Positions 35,791-50,052 are shown, counted from the first letter of the stretch. The stretch is DNA of 64,000 nucleotides from Entomortierella parvispora E1425 (GCA_020891255.1 BQFW01000012.1:1488001-1552000), one strand, 5' to 3'. Program-made: numbers and translations. Notes: generated by a model from the sequence alone, not told the origin.

Positions 35791-37759
35791 TTACAGTTTG
35801 GCAGGGAAGGGACGCGTCAAAGTGGCAGACACAGCGGACATGGACAATGGGCTTTCCCCAGACGTTGGTTGTGGCGACTGTGATGATGCTGATGACGACG
35901 ATGATGCTGGAGATGAAGAGGACGGTGCCGTCGAGGATGCGTTGGCTGTGGTCGAGTCTGAAGGCTGGGCGGTGAGAAGGGCAGGGATCGAGATTTGATC
36001 GACGACGGTGGCCGTAGCCTTTGCGGCAGCCGTCGCGACCGCAGCTCTGGCCTCATCCCGTCGGATCCAATCCTGGGCAATCCGGATCAGTTTCGAGACC
36101 TGTTCCAGCGTGTTGTGGGAATGCAAACAGATCCGGACCCTTTCCTTGCCCTTGGGCACGGTCGGGAAACGGATCGGCTTAACGTTCAAGCCGGCCCGGA
36201 TTAGTTCCTGACTGAGCGCATTGACCTTGGCATTGCCATCCATGACGATGCCCTGGATGGGTGAGGTCGAAGGCAGGAGCATGTGTTCTGGGAGCTGGAT
36301 GTTGGATCTAAAGTATCGGATCAGCTCTTGGACCTTGTCCACCAGCTACATATGGGTGCAGGAGGAAAAGAAAAAAAAAGAGGTGTGTGATTTTTGCCAC
36401 AACGACGTACAAAGAAAAAAAAATGGGTTAGTTTTGAAATCTGATAAGGGAAAAATAGACGATCAGTCATCTCTCCTGAAGGTATGTATGCGGTAGTGGT
36501 TGTGCTTTCATTGTGGTTTTGTTATTACCTCGACCGTTTCCCCTGCCATCAACATCTCGTAAGCAGACTTGACACTGGCCAAGTTGCTGAAGGATGTGAA
36601 AGTCGAGTAGATCAGTGGCCGTGCGTAGTTGATCAGGTAGTCTTTCAACACCTTAGGTCCGACCATGGCGGCTAAACCAAGAAAGAGAAGACATGTCAGT
36701 GCATCCAAAGTGCGGGGGGTGTTGCACAGAGGTAGTGTGAGGACTGCGGGTGAGAAACAATAAAAAAAAAGGAGCAGCATGGTTCTTTCATTTACCTCCA
36801 TTGCTAGCAAGAGATTTGCTGAAAGTGTGCAACCTCGCAAACACCTTGTCCTCCAATCCAAGTTCGTTTACGAGTCCCCTTCCGTTCACTCCATAGACGC
36901 CTGTGGCATGGGCCTAGATCAATTATGAATCATTGTCAAAAACGCAGAGGCAGGTAGAGAGGGGGAGGGAAAAAAAAAGGGGAGATCAGTTCCGTGACCG
37001 TCTTCATTTTTACTCCCCCAGATTTTGCCATTGTCATCGATATGATTTGGGGGGTGGGGAGAGCAGAACAAGCCCACCAAATTTTTTTGGTCCTTTTTTT
37101 ACCTCGTCTACAATAAGATGGGCGCCATAGGGTTCAAGCAGATCCACGATTTCGCGTAAAGGAGCCGTGTCTCCATCCATTGAATAGACACTCTCCACCG
37201 CCACAAACACGTTCCTCCGACGGATCGTGTTGGATGTGGTGGATGTTCTTTCTTTGGCTTCGTCCTCTTGCTTCACTTGTTCAAGAAGTCTTCCCAAATG
37301 TTCCAGATCATTGTGCAAGAACGAGGTTTTGAGACCGGCCCGGGTGACTTTCATCCCGTCATGAACGCTGGCATGGATAAATTCATCGTAAAGGATCACA
37401 TCTCCAGGTTGAGGAACGCTGCTGAAGAAGCCAACGTTGGCATCAAATCCAGAGTTGAAGATCAAAGCGGCCTCGGCGCCATGGAATCGCGCAATCAAGA
37501 TCTCGAGATCTTCTGCATATTTCGAATTGCCATCCAGCAGACGACTGCCGGTTGATCCCAGGGGTGGGGAGTGGACAGGGAAGGAGGCCAGTTCCTTTAG
37601 GAAGCGGGCATTGAGCCTCGAGTTCCGGGCTAGGCCCAAAAAGTCGTTTGAAGAGAAATCGGCCGAGGTGTCGGGAATGACGACCAGGGATCGTAACAGG
37701 GACCGAGCCTTTCTCGACTCGAGCTGTTTCTGGAGTTGCCGTTCAATTTGGGTGGCCAT
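35791..37759 (-). CDS. bioF: 8-amino-7-oxononanoate synthase (biotin synthesis); exons 37759-37103, 36913-36796, 36671-36529, 36345-35791
   Basis: DFSSNDFLGL, GSTGSRLLDGNS, FNSGFDANVG, VESVYSMDGD, DEAHATG, HTFSK (PLP lysine), IRFPTVPKGKERVRICLH. Confidence 0.92.
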
Positions 37760-38420
37760 TGGTGTGTGTTGTAAGAGTGGGTGCTTCTGCAACTGTGGTG
37801 CGAAAGAGAGAGAAAGGGTAAGAGTGGTGGCACAAGGAAAAGAGGAATGAGTGGAGGTGAGAGAGTGGAATGGAGAACGAATGGTGGGGTGAATGGCGAG
37901 GTGTGGAGGGGAGCGAGAGTCAGTCTCGAGTCAAAGAGACCGTGGGAGAGAAGAAGTGGAGGACGGAGCGGAGACGAGAGAAGACGAGAGTGGAAGAGAA
38001 GAGACAGGAAGAAGGCAGCCCCAAAGCAACGGAGCTGAAGGTAAGTGACATTTTCAATTGCACGCCCAGGCACAGAGAGGAAGGACGGTCTGAATCAAAT
38101 CTGGTTCTCAGGGGTGGAGGTGGAGGGAGTAATGGACCTGGCTAAATGGGAATAGACAACTGAGAGCGCAATTACACAGGCTGTGTAAACAGACAATGCT
38201 GGCTAAGCCACCGCCGCTGCGCCTGCTTGTTCGCAATGGCCTTTTTTTTTTTTTTTTTTTGTATGAACTTCTATCAGCGTCCATTAGTCAGTCAGTTTCG
38301 CATTCCCTTTTGTTCTCTTTTCATCAGCACCCTGGCCACTCCTTCATTCGCATAACAAACATACCTCCATCCATCATTCATTCGGACAGACTTTTATTCG
38401 CCTAGAAACAACAACCAACT

Positions 38421-41400
38421 ATGCTGAGACAAAAGGCCTTTGTGAAGAAGACAAAGTCAGGCAAGGTGCTCAAGGTCGTCAAGGAGCATTATCTCCGTGA
38501 TGACATCTGGTGCTCGGCCGAAGCTTGTAAAGAGTGCGGACATACCGAAACTGTCCTCAGCGCCACGCCCAGTATCAACAAACTCTTTCCCTTGCCCCAC
38601 TACATTATTCCAGATACCAACATCTTCATGAACCAGGTATTGATTGTTCAAACGACTGACAAAAGGAACATCTCGAAAAGCATCTTTTTACAGAGAAACA
38701 ATGAATCTAACTTTCTACCTTTGCTTTAGATCGATGTTATGGAGAAGCCCCAGATCACCAATGTCATTGTGTTGCAAACGGTCCTGGAAGAAGTCAAGCA
38801 TCTTTCATTACCGATCTACAAACGTGTCCGCGATATGATCAGCAACAAGGAGAAACACTTTTACGTCTTTTCGAACGAGCATCATCGGGAAACGTTCATC
38901 GAGAAGCTCAAGGATGAGTCGCCCAATGACAGGAACGATCGTGCTATCCGTGTGGCGACCAAATGGTATGCGAACCATATCAAGGATCTCAAGCCTCAGG
39001 TCTCGGTTGTGATGATGACAGATGATGCCGCGAACAGATCCAAGGGCACAGCGGATGGACTTCAGGCCGTGTCGGTCAAGTGGTACATTGAGGCTCTGGA
39101 TAACACGGAACTTTTGGATATGATTTCGGATTCCAGAGAGTTGGACGATGGACAACAGCTGATCTACTCGGAGCATTTGACCCCAGCCCACTTGTCAAAC
39201 GGTATCAAGACCGGAAAGTTCCATCAAGGAAAGCTCGGAATCAGCTCTCACAACTACTTGGAGGTAAGAACGGAAAAAAAATGGACGAAGGATAACGGAA
39301 TCCTGTCTTTTTTTTTTTTTTTGAAAAAGTTTATTAACCTTTTTTTTTTTTTTTTTTTTTTTGCAGGGATCTGTTTTTACAAAGATTGACGGCATTGAAG
39401 GAACCATTCTCATTGTCGGACGTGAAAACTTGAACCGCGCTGTCGATGGAGATATCATTGCAGTGGAGCTCCTGCCAAAGTCAGAGTGGCGTACGACACC
39501 CACCGGTGTGGTGGTCGATGAAGAGGAGGAGAAGGAAGAGGAGGAAAGCTTGAAGGCCGAGCAGAAGGCCGCCTCTGAGCATAAGGAGGATGTGACCATG
39601 ACAGACGCCACGAAGACGGCGACCACCACATCAGCTCTTTTGGATACACCTCAACCCTGCGGAAAGGTCGTTGGTATCATTCGTCGTAACTGGAGACAAT
39701 ACTGTGGATTCATTGATCGCAAATCTGTTCATACCCCCGCAGGATCCAGTGCGCCCATCAACGTTCTCTTCTACGCCATGGACTCCAAAATCCCCAAGAT
39801 CAAGATCAGGACTCGCCAGGCCCATTCTCTCTTGGGTCAGCGTATTATTGTCTCGATCGACAGTTGGCCAAAGACCTCAAAGTTCCCCATCGGTCATTTC
39901 ATTCGATCCCTTGGAGAGGCTGGTGACAAGTCAACGGAGACCGAGGTCTTGTTGTTGGAGCACGATGTTCCTTTCCACGAGTTCTCGAAGCAAGTCTTGA
40001 GCTTCCTCCCCGTCGAGGGAGAGAACTGGGTGGTCCAGCCCGAGCACTTTAACGGTCGTGAAGATTTCCGTGATTTGCCCGTGTGCAGTATTGATCCCCC
40101 AGGCTGTACCGATATCGACGATGCTCTTCACGTTGTTGCATTGCCCAACGGAAATTACCAGGTCGGTGTCCACATTGCGGATGTCACTCACTTTGTCAAG
40201 CCTGGTAATGTCATGGATGCAGAGGCTGCCAGTCGTGGAACTACTGTCTATTTGGTGGACAAGAGAATCGACATGTTGCCTGGACTTTTGGGCACGAACT
40301 TGTGCTCGCTGCGATCGAACGTGGAGCGTCTGGCATTCTCTTGCATCTGGGAGCTTAACCAGGATGCAGAGATTGTGAAGGTGCGTTTTACCAAGAGTGT
40401 CATTGCTTCCAAGGCCTCGTTGACATACGAGGAGGCCCAGAACCGAATTGATGACGAGCGTATGCAGGATGATATTACTCAGGGTATCCGTACATTGAAC
40501 ACGTTGGCCAAGAAGCTGAAGCAGAAGCGTTTGGACATGGGTGCGTTGACCTTGGCGAGTCCCGAAGTCCGCTTCAGTTTGGAGCGTGATACACAGGATC
40601 CCGTGGATGTGGAGATGAAGGAGCTCAAGGAGACCAACGCTTTGGTGGAGGAGTTCATGTTGTTGGCCAACATCTCTGTTGCACGCAAGATCTTTGAGAA
40701 GTTCCCAGACTCGGCCATGTTGCGTTGCCATCCAACCCCGCCCGCCTCGAGTTTTGAAAAGTTGGAGAAGGCGGTGGCAAGAATGGGCATCACGATCGAT
40801 CACTCGACCTCAAAGACGCTCTCGGAATCGTTGGACAATGCTGTGTTGCCCGAGGAACCCTATTTTAACAAGTTGTTGAGAATCATGACGACGCGTTGTA
40901 TGATGCAAGCCGTGTACTTCTGCTCTGGTGCCAAGATTGAGCAAGAATTTAGACATTATGGTCTTGCCACAGATATCTACACTCATTTCACTTCACCCAT
41001 TCGTCGTTACTCTGGTAAGTGGTGCCACGTTTGTTATTATAGGAGTATTATTTATGTAGGATTTCATCTTGGATCTGAAAAATTTCTAACATATGATTGC
41101 TTTTCTTCCTCTTTTCGTAGATGTTATGGTGCATCGTCAGTTGCACGCCGCTATTGATTCGGACATTTCATACGGAAACGAGTTGACTGACAAGGAATCT
41201 ATGAACGAGCTCTGCAATGTCCTGAACCACCGTAATCGTATGGCTCAACAGGCTGCCCGCAGCTCTGTGGAGCTCTTCACACATTTGTTTTTCAAGAACA
41301 AGGTCCAGGAGGAAGAGGGCTATGTCATTCGTATCCTCAAGAACGCCTTCATTGTTCTTGTGCCTAAGTACGGTATTGAGGGTATCGTCTATGCCAGTGC

Positions 41401-41830
41401 CAAGGCTCACAAGACGACCGCCGCTGTGGATGCTACTGCTACCACTGCTGTTGCTACGACGACTCCAGCAGCAGGTCAGCCAATTTTGGTTTACAACCCC
41501 GAGACGGACTCTTTGCAATCCACCGAGCCTTTGGCCGAGGGTGAGAGCCCCAAGATCCAGATCCAGCTCTTCCAGAAGGTCATGGTCCAGATCTCGATCG
41601 ACGATGATCTCAAGGGTGGCGGAGAGGGTGGTATGCGCCAAAAGTTGAAGATGGATCTCTTGAAGCCATGGGTTGAGGGTATCAGTGTTCACGGCATCTG
41701 CAACAAGGACGATCCTGAGGCTCACGCCGTCACCTCTTCTCTTCATGCCGCGGACAAGTCCAACTCTTTGAAGCGCGAGACTGAAGCTCCTGCGACCCCC
41801 AAGCGTGCCGACAAGCGCTCCAAGGCATAG
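38421..41830 (+). CDS. DIS3: Exosome catalytic subunit Dis3/Rrp44 (PIN + RNB); exons 38421-38636, 38730-39263, 39367-41014, 41121-41830
   Basis: VKEHYLRDDIWC, PDTN, ESPNDRNDRAIR, CSIDPPGCTDIDDALH, HYGLATDIYTHFTSPIRRY. Confidence 0.97.
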
Positions 41831-42094
41831 AGAGAGAGACAGAGAAAAGAGACGACAATTCCCACTTCACTCACTCACAATAAAGATCATCCCAGCATTG
41901 TATTTGTAGCAATTCAAAAACTGCCGCGCATCATCATCTAATTTTTTTTTGTTGTCTGGCTTTTTTTTATTATTTTTTATTTTTTTTTTTCATCAAGAAT
42001 TCATCGGTGTCCTGCAATCCACATCTGACCAGCAGAAGGGAGGTGGACGGGTGAGGAATACAAAAAGGAATGGAGCCCTCTTATTCACTCAAGA

Positions 42095-45000
42095 TCATGA
42101 AAGGGGAATCGGCCCTTGCTGTTGAAGCTGTTGGTGTTGTAGCTGCTGCTGTTGATAGAGTTGCTGTTGGAACAATTGTTGTTGCTGCTGAAACTGTTGA
42201 TGCTGTTGCTGCTGCTGTTGTTGTTGCTGTTGAAGCTGCTGATGCAATTGCTGTTGCTGGAATTGCTGTTGTTGCTGTTGTTGCTGCTGTTGAGGAGGTT
42301 GAGATGGTGGAAGGGGAGGGGGAGGGGCCATGATGAATTCGCGGAACGAGGATCGATGCATCCTCATCGTCAGCTCCTTGGTGATCTTTGTCAGATTCGA
42401 GACGTTGGTACTGACCAACCTAGAAAAGATCTCTGGGGTCGACTGTGTAGAACCAGCAGTAAGGCCTGAAGACGACCCAAGCCCCCCGCCTGGCATGGAA
42501 GAGACAAGAGATCCTTGTCGTTGACTCGACCCTTGTCCACTGTTTTGGTATCGAGGATGCTGAGATGGATGTCCAAGCAAACTACTCATCTTTTCAGGCG
42601 AAGTGGACACCCCTCCCAAAGTAGACGAAAGCGAGTTTACAGAGGAAGAGGATCTCAGCGTCATCGATCCGACAGGTCGAGGGCTGGGGGACTGCTGCAG
42701 CAGAAGGTGTTGATCCAAAGATCCGTGAGAGCTTGGAGCAGAAGACGCCATCATCCCCGAAATCTCTGCGCCTGATCCAGAACCGCCCCTGCGACTGAAT
42801 TGCGTGATAGGCATGCCTCCATGACTAATGTTCCTTGATGGGGAGGACGACAGAGCTGAAGAAGAAGAATTGGCAAGGGCCACCGCTGCTGCAACGGCCG
42901 CTGCTGCTCCACTGCCAATCGACTGCGCCCTCAACATCGCTGAATTGGGTGCAGAAGAGGACGAATTAAAGGACAGTTCCTTCACTAGGGTCGAGATCAC
43001 CACCACAGACTTTACAAAATCACTGATACCCAAGCCAAATCGACGGCGCAGCATAACGCTCGCCTCATCCATTGACAATCCATGTTGTTGAAGTTGGGCT
43101 TGCTGCAGCTGTTGATGTTGATGTGGGTGGGTTGCCTGATGTTGCTGTGACGGTTGCTGTTGCTGTTGAGATGATAGTGCCTGATAAGGATGGTGTGGGT
43201 GACCTTGGGCAGTATGTACATGGTGCTGATGCTGGGGATCGTCCGTCCGGATCATGGTCAAGTCGAGATCCAAACGCTTAACAATCTCCGTCATTTGGAG
43301 CAAACAGTCCTTCATCTCGCGCCAAAGCTGAGGAGCCGGTGCGCCCGACACAGACCCCAAGCCATGCGAAAACGAGCCTTGGTGATGTTGCAGAGAATGA
43401 TGTGGAAGGGGTCCTCCCAAAAATCCATGCGATGGAAGTGAGGATGCCGCATGATGATGGTGGTTTTGGTGAAGGCGATGACTCGGCAAGACTGCCGACA
43501 CACTGGCGGAACGCGTCGTCATCACAGGTTGGAAGGGCGGGCTGACAATGTTGGCCGTCGCTGGAGCGCTTTCCTGAACCTTGTCTTGCGGGATAGAGGG
43601 CAGTGCTGGATCAAACGAAGAGGCCTTTGAGGAGCCTTTAGAATGCGAAGAGCCATGTCGACTGGATTCCTGTCGCTGACGATCCTCACCCTGACCTGCA
43701 GGAGAGTTGACCGCCGATGATGTCGTCATAGTAGTGGTTTCAGTTATTGTCGTTGTCGTGGTAGTGGTGGTGGTCAACAGGGTGGCCTCTTCAATGGGCA
43801 ATGAGAGACACATGCCATTGGAATATGGGACAGTGTCCGAAGCAGACGAAAACAGCGGTAAGCGCACCAAACTCTCCCCTCCAGTCTTGGCTTCGCCGTT
43901 CGATGTCGTGGTAGTGGAGGACGATGGTACAGTTGTAGCAGCAGACCCATCGCCAGAGTGTTGTGGAGGACTCAGTGAAAGATTACGGGCTTGAAGATCG
44001 GTGCCCGTGTTTTTGATGCTGGATCCACTGTCGCTACCGCCACTTCCACTGCCTGTGCTACCTGCTCTTGGGGGCGATGTTGAAAGCGATCGTGGGCGAT
44101 GCGTAGGTCGCAGCTGTGGACTGGAAGGATTTTCAACACGGGTCATGCACGTCTCCGTCAAACACTGAATAAGTCGCTTGGCCGCCTCAATGGCATGCTC
44201 AACTGTAAGAAGCAACTGAGAGTCTTCGTCCTCCTCTAAATGTAGATTGTTGTTGTTGGATTGAGCACTGTGGTTGCTGGCACGAGACATGTTTTGACTG
44301 CGTTGGGGTATATGGATCGGATGCCAGGTGGCAGTGGCCGTCATGGTCGGCGAGAGTTGGAAAGGATGCGGTTGTTGGTGATGGTGAGTGGAGTGGTTTG
44401 AGGACGAATACATCTGATGTTGCTGTGGCTGAGATTGCTTGGCTGTTGTGGTAACTGTCTGTTGGACATGTTGCAGTTGAAGCTGCGATTTGGACTCGAC
44501 CACTTCAAGGTTCATATCCGGTGAGCCTTGAAGAAGAGGCACCAAAGAGTCCCATGCCATCCTGATCTCAGATAGGGCGCCGTGGAGCATCAGCACCAAG
44601 TTTCTGACAACCCTTGCATCCGCTGCTAGACTGATGGCCCTAATCTGTGTCTGCACCACGTGAACAAGCTTCCGAAACGCCACGACGTTAGACTCGCAAC
44701 AACGAAGGACTTCTGAGCATATAAGTTGGTCCGGTACGTTCATCTGGGACGAGCTGTCGAACCGATCAAGGGCTTGGATCAACTGGGTCATTGCAGAGCT
44801 TGCGCTTTGCAAGAGCCGATTGAACATAATGGTGAACTTTTCGTCCGAGGAACACCCCACAACTTGCTTGACGGCCTTGAAGATTTGAGAGAGTGCAAAT
44901 AGAATGCCGCGAGCAGCGTCCACGAGTCGGAGTCGATCCCTTGGCAAGGCCTGAGGAGGGGAGGGAAGGCTTGCCAAGCGTTGGAAATAGGCATCACTGT

Positions 45001-46980
45001 ACTTTTCACAATCGTTGGACGAGTTGCTGCCAAAGGAACTCGTAGAATCGCCAGATACTCCTCGAGAATGGCTAATAAAGCGGTAGTGGTCATCTGTATG
45101 CTTTCCTTGCTGACTGTTTGTACGACCGAGTTTTTGAACAACATCCGGTGAAAGAGTTGAAGGCGGCACGCCTGCAGAAGAGCTTGGTATACTTAGACGC
45201 AAACCGGGCTCGCTCCTGCTTTGGCGGTGTGTAAGTGGGATCACCAAATTTTCAGAAGAATTTGACCGTAGTGCTCCTTGCCGACTGATGCCATTCTGTC
45301 CTAGAGTTGACGACTGGGTTGCCTCCTCAGACTGTAGTCGACTAGGAATGGCGTCAAAATTCGATGCTATATCCAAAAAGTGGAGTAGGAGCAAAAGTTA
45401 GGGTCGGTTTTGCATATTTTTTTTAAGTCCTGCCATAACTATTCATACCTCGGTTCGAAGACAAAAACGATTTCAAATTGTTGAGCCATCCGTCCATGTC
45501 TTGACCCGAAAATTCGACAATCTCTGATGGGGGGAAAGTAATCGGGTTCTGTTCGATTTTGAGGAACTGAAGTTGACTCATTTCCCCTACATATGCTGGT
45601 ATCGTCTCTATCCGGTTCTTTGAGATGCTCAGCACCTGAAGCAAGGGGGTTTGAAAATGTTAGAGACATGTCCCAAGTGTTTTTAGGCGTCAGGCTGCAT
45701 TCGTTCTATGCTCATGGAAAGGAGGCATACCCGAAGGTTCATTAGATTTCCAAAATTCTCTGGGAATCGAGTAATTTTGTTGCGACTCATATCCAGGATC
45801 TCCAAACTTGAGAGTTGACAAAGCTACGTAAATCAGTCAGAAAAGAGCGTGGTTAAAAATGTGTCATGGTTAGGATACCGTCCATTGTGTATGGGGTCAT
45901 GATGTTTAAGAGGCTTACCACCGCCGGGAAGATACGTATCGAGTTGGCGCGAACATTGAGATATCGCAGACTTGTAAACATGTTGAGCTGCAATGGGAGC
46001 GTCCTGATGGAGTTGTGGCTCATGGTCAACCTATAGGGGCAGCAAGAGACAAAGAGGTCATGACTCTATCAGCGTGCAGTCTTGTGCAAAAGAGCAGGAA
46101 GGCAGGAGGCTCGACTCGACTCAATGGCCGCACACAGTCGAGGGCGAGGAGGCGATTTCAGGATCATCCACTAAAAAGAGGTCCAAAACCACACGTCAAC
46201 AGGGACGCACACGCCCACAGACATCTGGCCTGTGCCCCACTCTCGACCATCTGCGATGGTTCGATTGTTGCTCTTTTACTGGAGTAGGTTGTAAATCCTT
46301 TCCCTTCGCCAGACGGGTTGATAATGCCAAGTCCCGGGTCTTCCTGGTTCCGATCGTTTGTCCTTTTCTCGAGCAAAATGCAAATGCAAAAACAGGCAGT
46401 TGTGCTGTTTTGACAGATCGTGCAGAAAAGAGAAAAGAACCAAAAAAGAGCATTGAGGAGGGTCCAAATGATCTACCCAAACCCCTCCTCCTCCACCCTT
46501 CCCCCGTCCTTCTGTCTTTTTTTCCCGCGTTGCTTATCGTTTGAGATTCCTGATTCTGCCCTTTTTTCTCTATCTCTAAGTCTCGCTCGTTTCCTTCCCT
46601 TCTCATTTCTTTTCTTTCCAAGGCTCACGGGCGAGTCCTTTCTTTTAAAATAGAAAAAAAGGGTCGAACGTAAAAGAATACATGACAGCAATGACTTACT
46701 TTTCAAGAACATCCCTCAGGAACTCAACCTCTGATGGGAAAGTGTCGAGATTGGCATGGGAGAGGTCGAGAATCTGTGCACTGCCTGCACCCTGTCGTTC
46801 TCGAATAAGGTCCATCAGCCCATGTGTGCTGCCAGAACTGCTTCCATTGGTCGTGGGGGGTCTTTGTGCCGGCGTTGCTGCCACAGAGGTGCCAGGCCCT
46901 CCGGGCGTAGTCGTCAGCGAGGCGGCGTCGGCTACCGTGTCGGCGTCAGCGCCTGTCCCACCTCCATCGTCATGCGACAT
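42095..46980 (-). CDS. SOG2: RAM-network leucine-rich-repeat protein Sog2; exons approx 46980-46700, 46030-45919, 45823-45731, 45635-45449, 45366-42095
   Basis: N-terminal LRRs (ILDLSHANLDTFP, VLSISKNRIETIPAYV, LKIEQNPITFPP). Sog2-type region YFQRLASLP...LVDAARGILFALSQI. C-terminal poly-Q. Confidence 0.82.
42130..42292 (-). repeat. CAA/CAG poly-glutamine tract at the Sog2 C-terminus
   Basis: Translated QQQQQQQQQFQQQQLHQQLQQQQ... in ORF 42095-45394. Confidence 0.9.
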
Positions 46981-47262
46981 TAGTATGAGAGCGAGAACTG
47001 GTCCTGCGAAATATGCTTGAATGGGTTAGATGGCGGTTGTTTGTCGTGCAGTTAAGTCTGAGAGCCGTGTAAAGTGAGGTCGAGGGAGGGCAGGAGCAGG
47101 TGGATGGAAAGGAGAGAGGAAGGGGAAGAAGGGGGATAGAGAGCGCGAGGACAGAGACAGACAGCAGAAAAAAAAAAAGAAAAAAAAAGAGAGGCAATGA
47201 CCGAATAAATGCATGCATGCTCCGCATGGTGAACTTGTAAACTTTTGGTGAAATAAAAACGA

Positions 47263-47270
47263 GTCACGTG
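47263..47270. promoter_or_regulatory. GTCACGTG E-box ~285 bp upstream of SOG2 start (similar gtcacgtga at 56162-56170 upstream of the HMG gene)
   Basis: Motif match and position only. Confidence 0.25.
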
Positions 47271-47328
47271 GTAATTAAATTCTAATCAAAGTTTACTTTT
47301 ATTCAAAATTATAATAATCCCCGATTTC

Positions 47329-48996
47329 TTACACCTCCAGAGCGACTTCCTCGTTCTTGGAGCTCAAGCTGCTGAAGAGAGAGAAGCGCTGCTTCTGCTT
47401 GGCTGCCAACTCGGCTTCCAGCTTCTTGGTCTCGGCGCGGATCTCCTTCAGGTAAGGATCCTCGTGATCGAGGACAATCACAACCAAGTCTGGGAAGTTG
47501 AGCTCAAAGATCTTCTTGACCTTGAAGAGATCCTCCTTCTTGGGACTGTACGTACCCGAGTTATTGTCGATAAGAAGAGTCCAGTCGTTATGGTGGTTCT
47601 CATCCTTGAAAAACCGGAATTCACCCGAGAACATGACTTCGGTGGCACGGTTTGCATGCATCGCGTGCTTGGACATGAAATCCTGGAAGAACGCCGTGCC
47701 AGTCTCGGAAAAGTACATGCCCTTGGGCACAATGCTGTAGGTAAAGACGATCGTCTTCAGGTCCTGGTCAGGATCATTCTTCAAGCGATCACCGTGCAAC
47801 AGCATTCCAAACTCGCTGGCGGTCGAAAGTTGATCGTAGACCGTGTTGCGTCCATGACGGTACAGGTACCCGTGCTGGGAGTGAAGAGCATTGCGAATGT
47901 TGGTACCCTCAAGATTATCCCCGAAAATCTTCTTGGCAGCATCGTACTCGGTGTTCCAGTGCTGATAAAGGTGAGGATCGGTACCAAACACGTCCAGGAG
48001 GTGGTAGAGACGGAGACGGTAGGTGTAGAACTCGTACTTCTTCTCGCGCGTCAGCACTCCAGCAGCATAGCTTGTGTGACGAGAAAAGCAGACAGGGCCC
48101 TTTGTCGAGGGTTTGGGGAGCAAGGCAGCCTTGCCATGGGTGCGGGTACCGGTGGTCTAGGCAAGCGAAATGGTGTATAGAGTGAGTTAAGCACGGGACA
48201 AGGGACACGGACACTTGTTGGGACACTTGTTGAAGCCTTGCCTGCTTTCGATGTGGTGCAAAGAGAGCTTACCTGAACAAAGATCTGACCCTGGGTCCTA
48301 CCGTCAGCTCGGATGATGTCGAGGACGTGTTCTTGAGTGCCCTCGAGTTTAGAGCTGAGAACAAGCTTGTTCGCTCCCAATGAGGTATCCGCCTTCATCT
48401 TGTCCTTGTCCTTGATGAGGATATCCAAGACAGTTTCCTCGGGGACATTCACCAACTCCCACTTGGCATCCCAAGTAGGAGAAAGGGTGCTCCATTGAAC
48501 GCCGGTCCTAAAAGAAGCAGATTCATGAAGCAGATTCATGTCAGTCTCTGTTCGGTTTCAGTGACTTTCTCCCAGTCATATTTTCTTCCATCGAAAACCT
48601 TGGGCGAAACATCACGAGCAGATTGTGAACGGGATAGTTACATAAAGGCAAGCGAGTCGGGATCCGATGGCGATCCCAGGTAGGCCTCGAGGTAGGGGTC
48701 CGAGGAGAGAATATCTCCGCGAGGAACATCCTAGTGAACATGGAGTGTGTAGCACAAGAAGCAATGAGATTCCACTCGCGTGCCTTCATTTCAACATGTC
48801 ATGAAACCAATGAGACACGACACGGTCCGACGCGACATACCTTTGCACCCTTGAAGATGATAGTGAAATCCCAGTTCTTGCTGGTGGTGACAGCGGTCGT
48901 CAAGTCCTGAACGGGCTCGGCGACGACTTCGACTTCGACAGCTTCGCGGTGGCGGTGCACCAATGAGGACACCTTCTGATGGAGTGACGTGAGCAT
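47329..48996 (-). CDS. C2-domain protein with uncharacterised C-terminal domain; exons 48996-48841, 48730-48642, 48507-48273, 48156-47329
   Basis: C2-like FTIIFKGAKDVPRGDILSSDPY...STLSPTWDAKW...ILIKDKD. C-terminal HAMHAN...SGEF...IDNNSGTYSP. Canonical splice sites. Confidence 0.8.
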
Positions 48997-50052
48997 GGCG
49001 GAATGAATGCAGAAAGGAAGATGGGGTTCGGCTGGATTGTGAAAGCAAGGGGAAGGAGCGACAGGGACAAAGAAGAAGAAGAGAAGAGAAGTAGAAGGAA
49101 AACAAGAAAGAAGAGGTTGTCACAAGATTGCACCTGGGCTTTCGTTTCCGCCACAGACAGCAAAACGGCTCAGGCGCATGCACGCTGACATCGGTCAGAG
49201 AGCGTATCGACGCCCATGTCCCCTGCCCAAAACAGGATCAAAAAACAACATTGTTCCTGTGTGCTCTCATTCTTTTTTCCTCTCCTGACGGGAGTTGTCC
49301 GCTTGAGGACCGGTTGCCGGGGATGGCGAGTGTTTCGCCCTATGTTTTTTTCGCCAATTGTGCCTCAGCCTCGGGAAAGAGCTCGTCCTCGTCCTCAGCA
49401 AGGATTCATTCTCTTTCTCTTTCGCAAAGGCCGTCAAAAGTTAACCATCAAGACAGCACGACAACTTCATCAGTATCACCACTGTCACACGGTTGGAGGT
49501 GAAGGGCCTGTCCTCAAGAAGGAAACTGGTCTCCAGCTGGACTGGCTTGACTTCCAATTCCTTTTTTTTTTTTTTTTTTTTTTGCTGGCCGTAACTGTAT
49601 CAACATGGCCAGGGCAGGTTTGTTGTTTTGCAGCACTTTGTTCACTGACGTGGTGACTCTACACTTCTCAAAGCACAACACATTCCCTTGGACATGACAC
49701 GAAAAAAGTAGAGCTCTTTTAATGAATAGTCTTCAAAACTTCAGATTATAAATACATTATGGTGTAGACCTTGGTATCGGGAGGTGAAAGAAACAATAGG
49801 ACATTCAAAAACCGGTCCTTGAAGGGGTTGAGCACCAGGGGTGGCAATAAAAGTACACTTGTGGATTGTCGGTAAGCTTCAATACACTTTACGTATTAAA
49901 CATGTTCCCTTGTGAACCGCCGTACAGTGAGCTACCATCAGGGATGCTACCGATAGAGACAAAGTCGAGAAGGATCGTCTTCGTTAGAAAGCAAGCCCAA
50001 TACAAACAAGATTCATTTCATGTGCTCTACTAGTATAAAAAGAAGCACTCGC

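Noticed and set aside
38421-39263. Link between the Dis3 PIN domain and the island PIN domain
   Set aside because: Different PIN subfamilies (Dis3/VapC-like versus XPG/FEN1-like motifs); no sequence similarity seen.
39931-41746. Long antisense ORFs over DIS3 (and similar ones over other core genes)
   Set aside because: Shadow frames of codon-biased genes.
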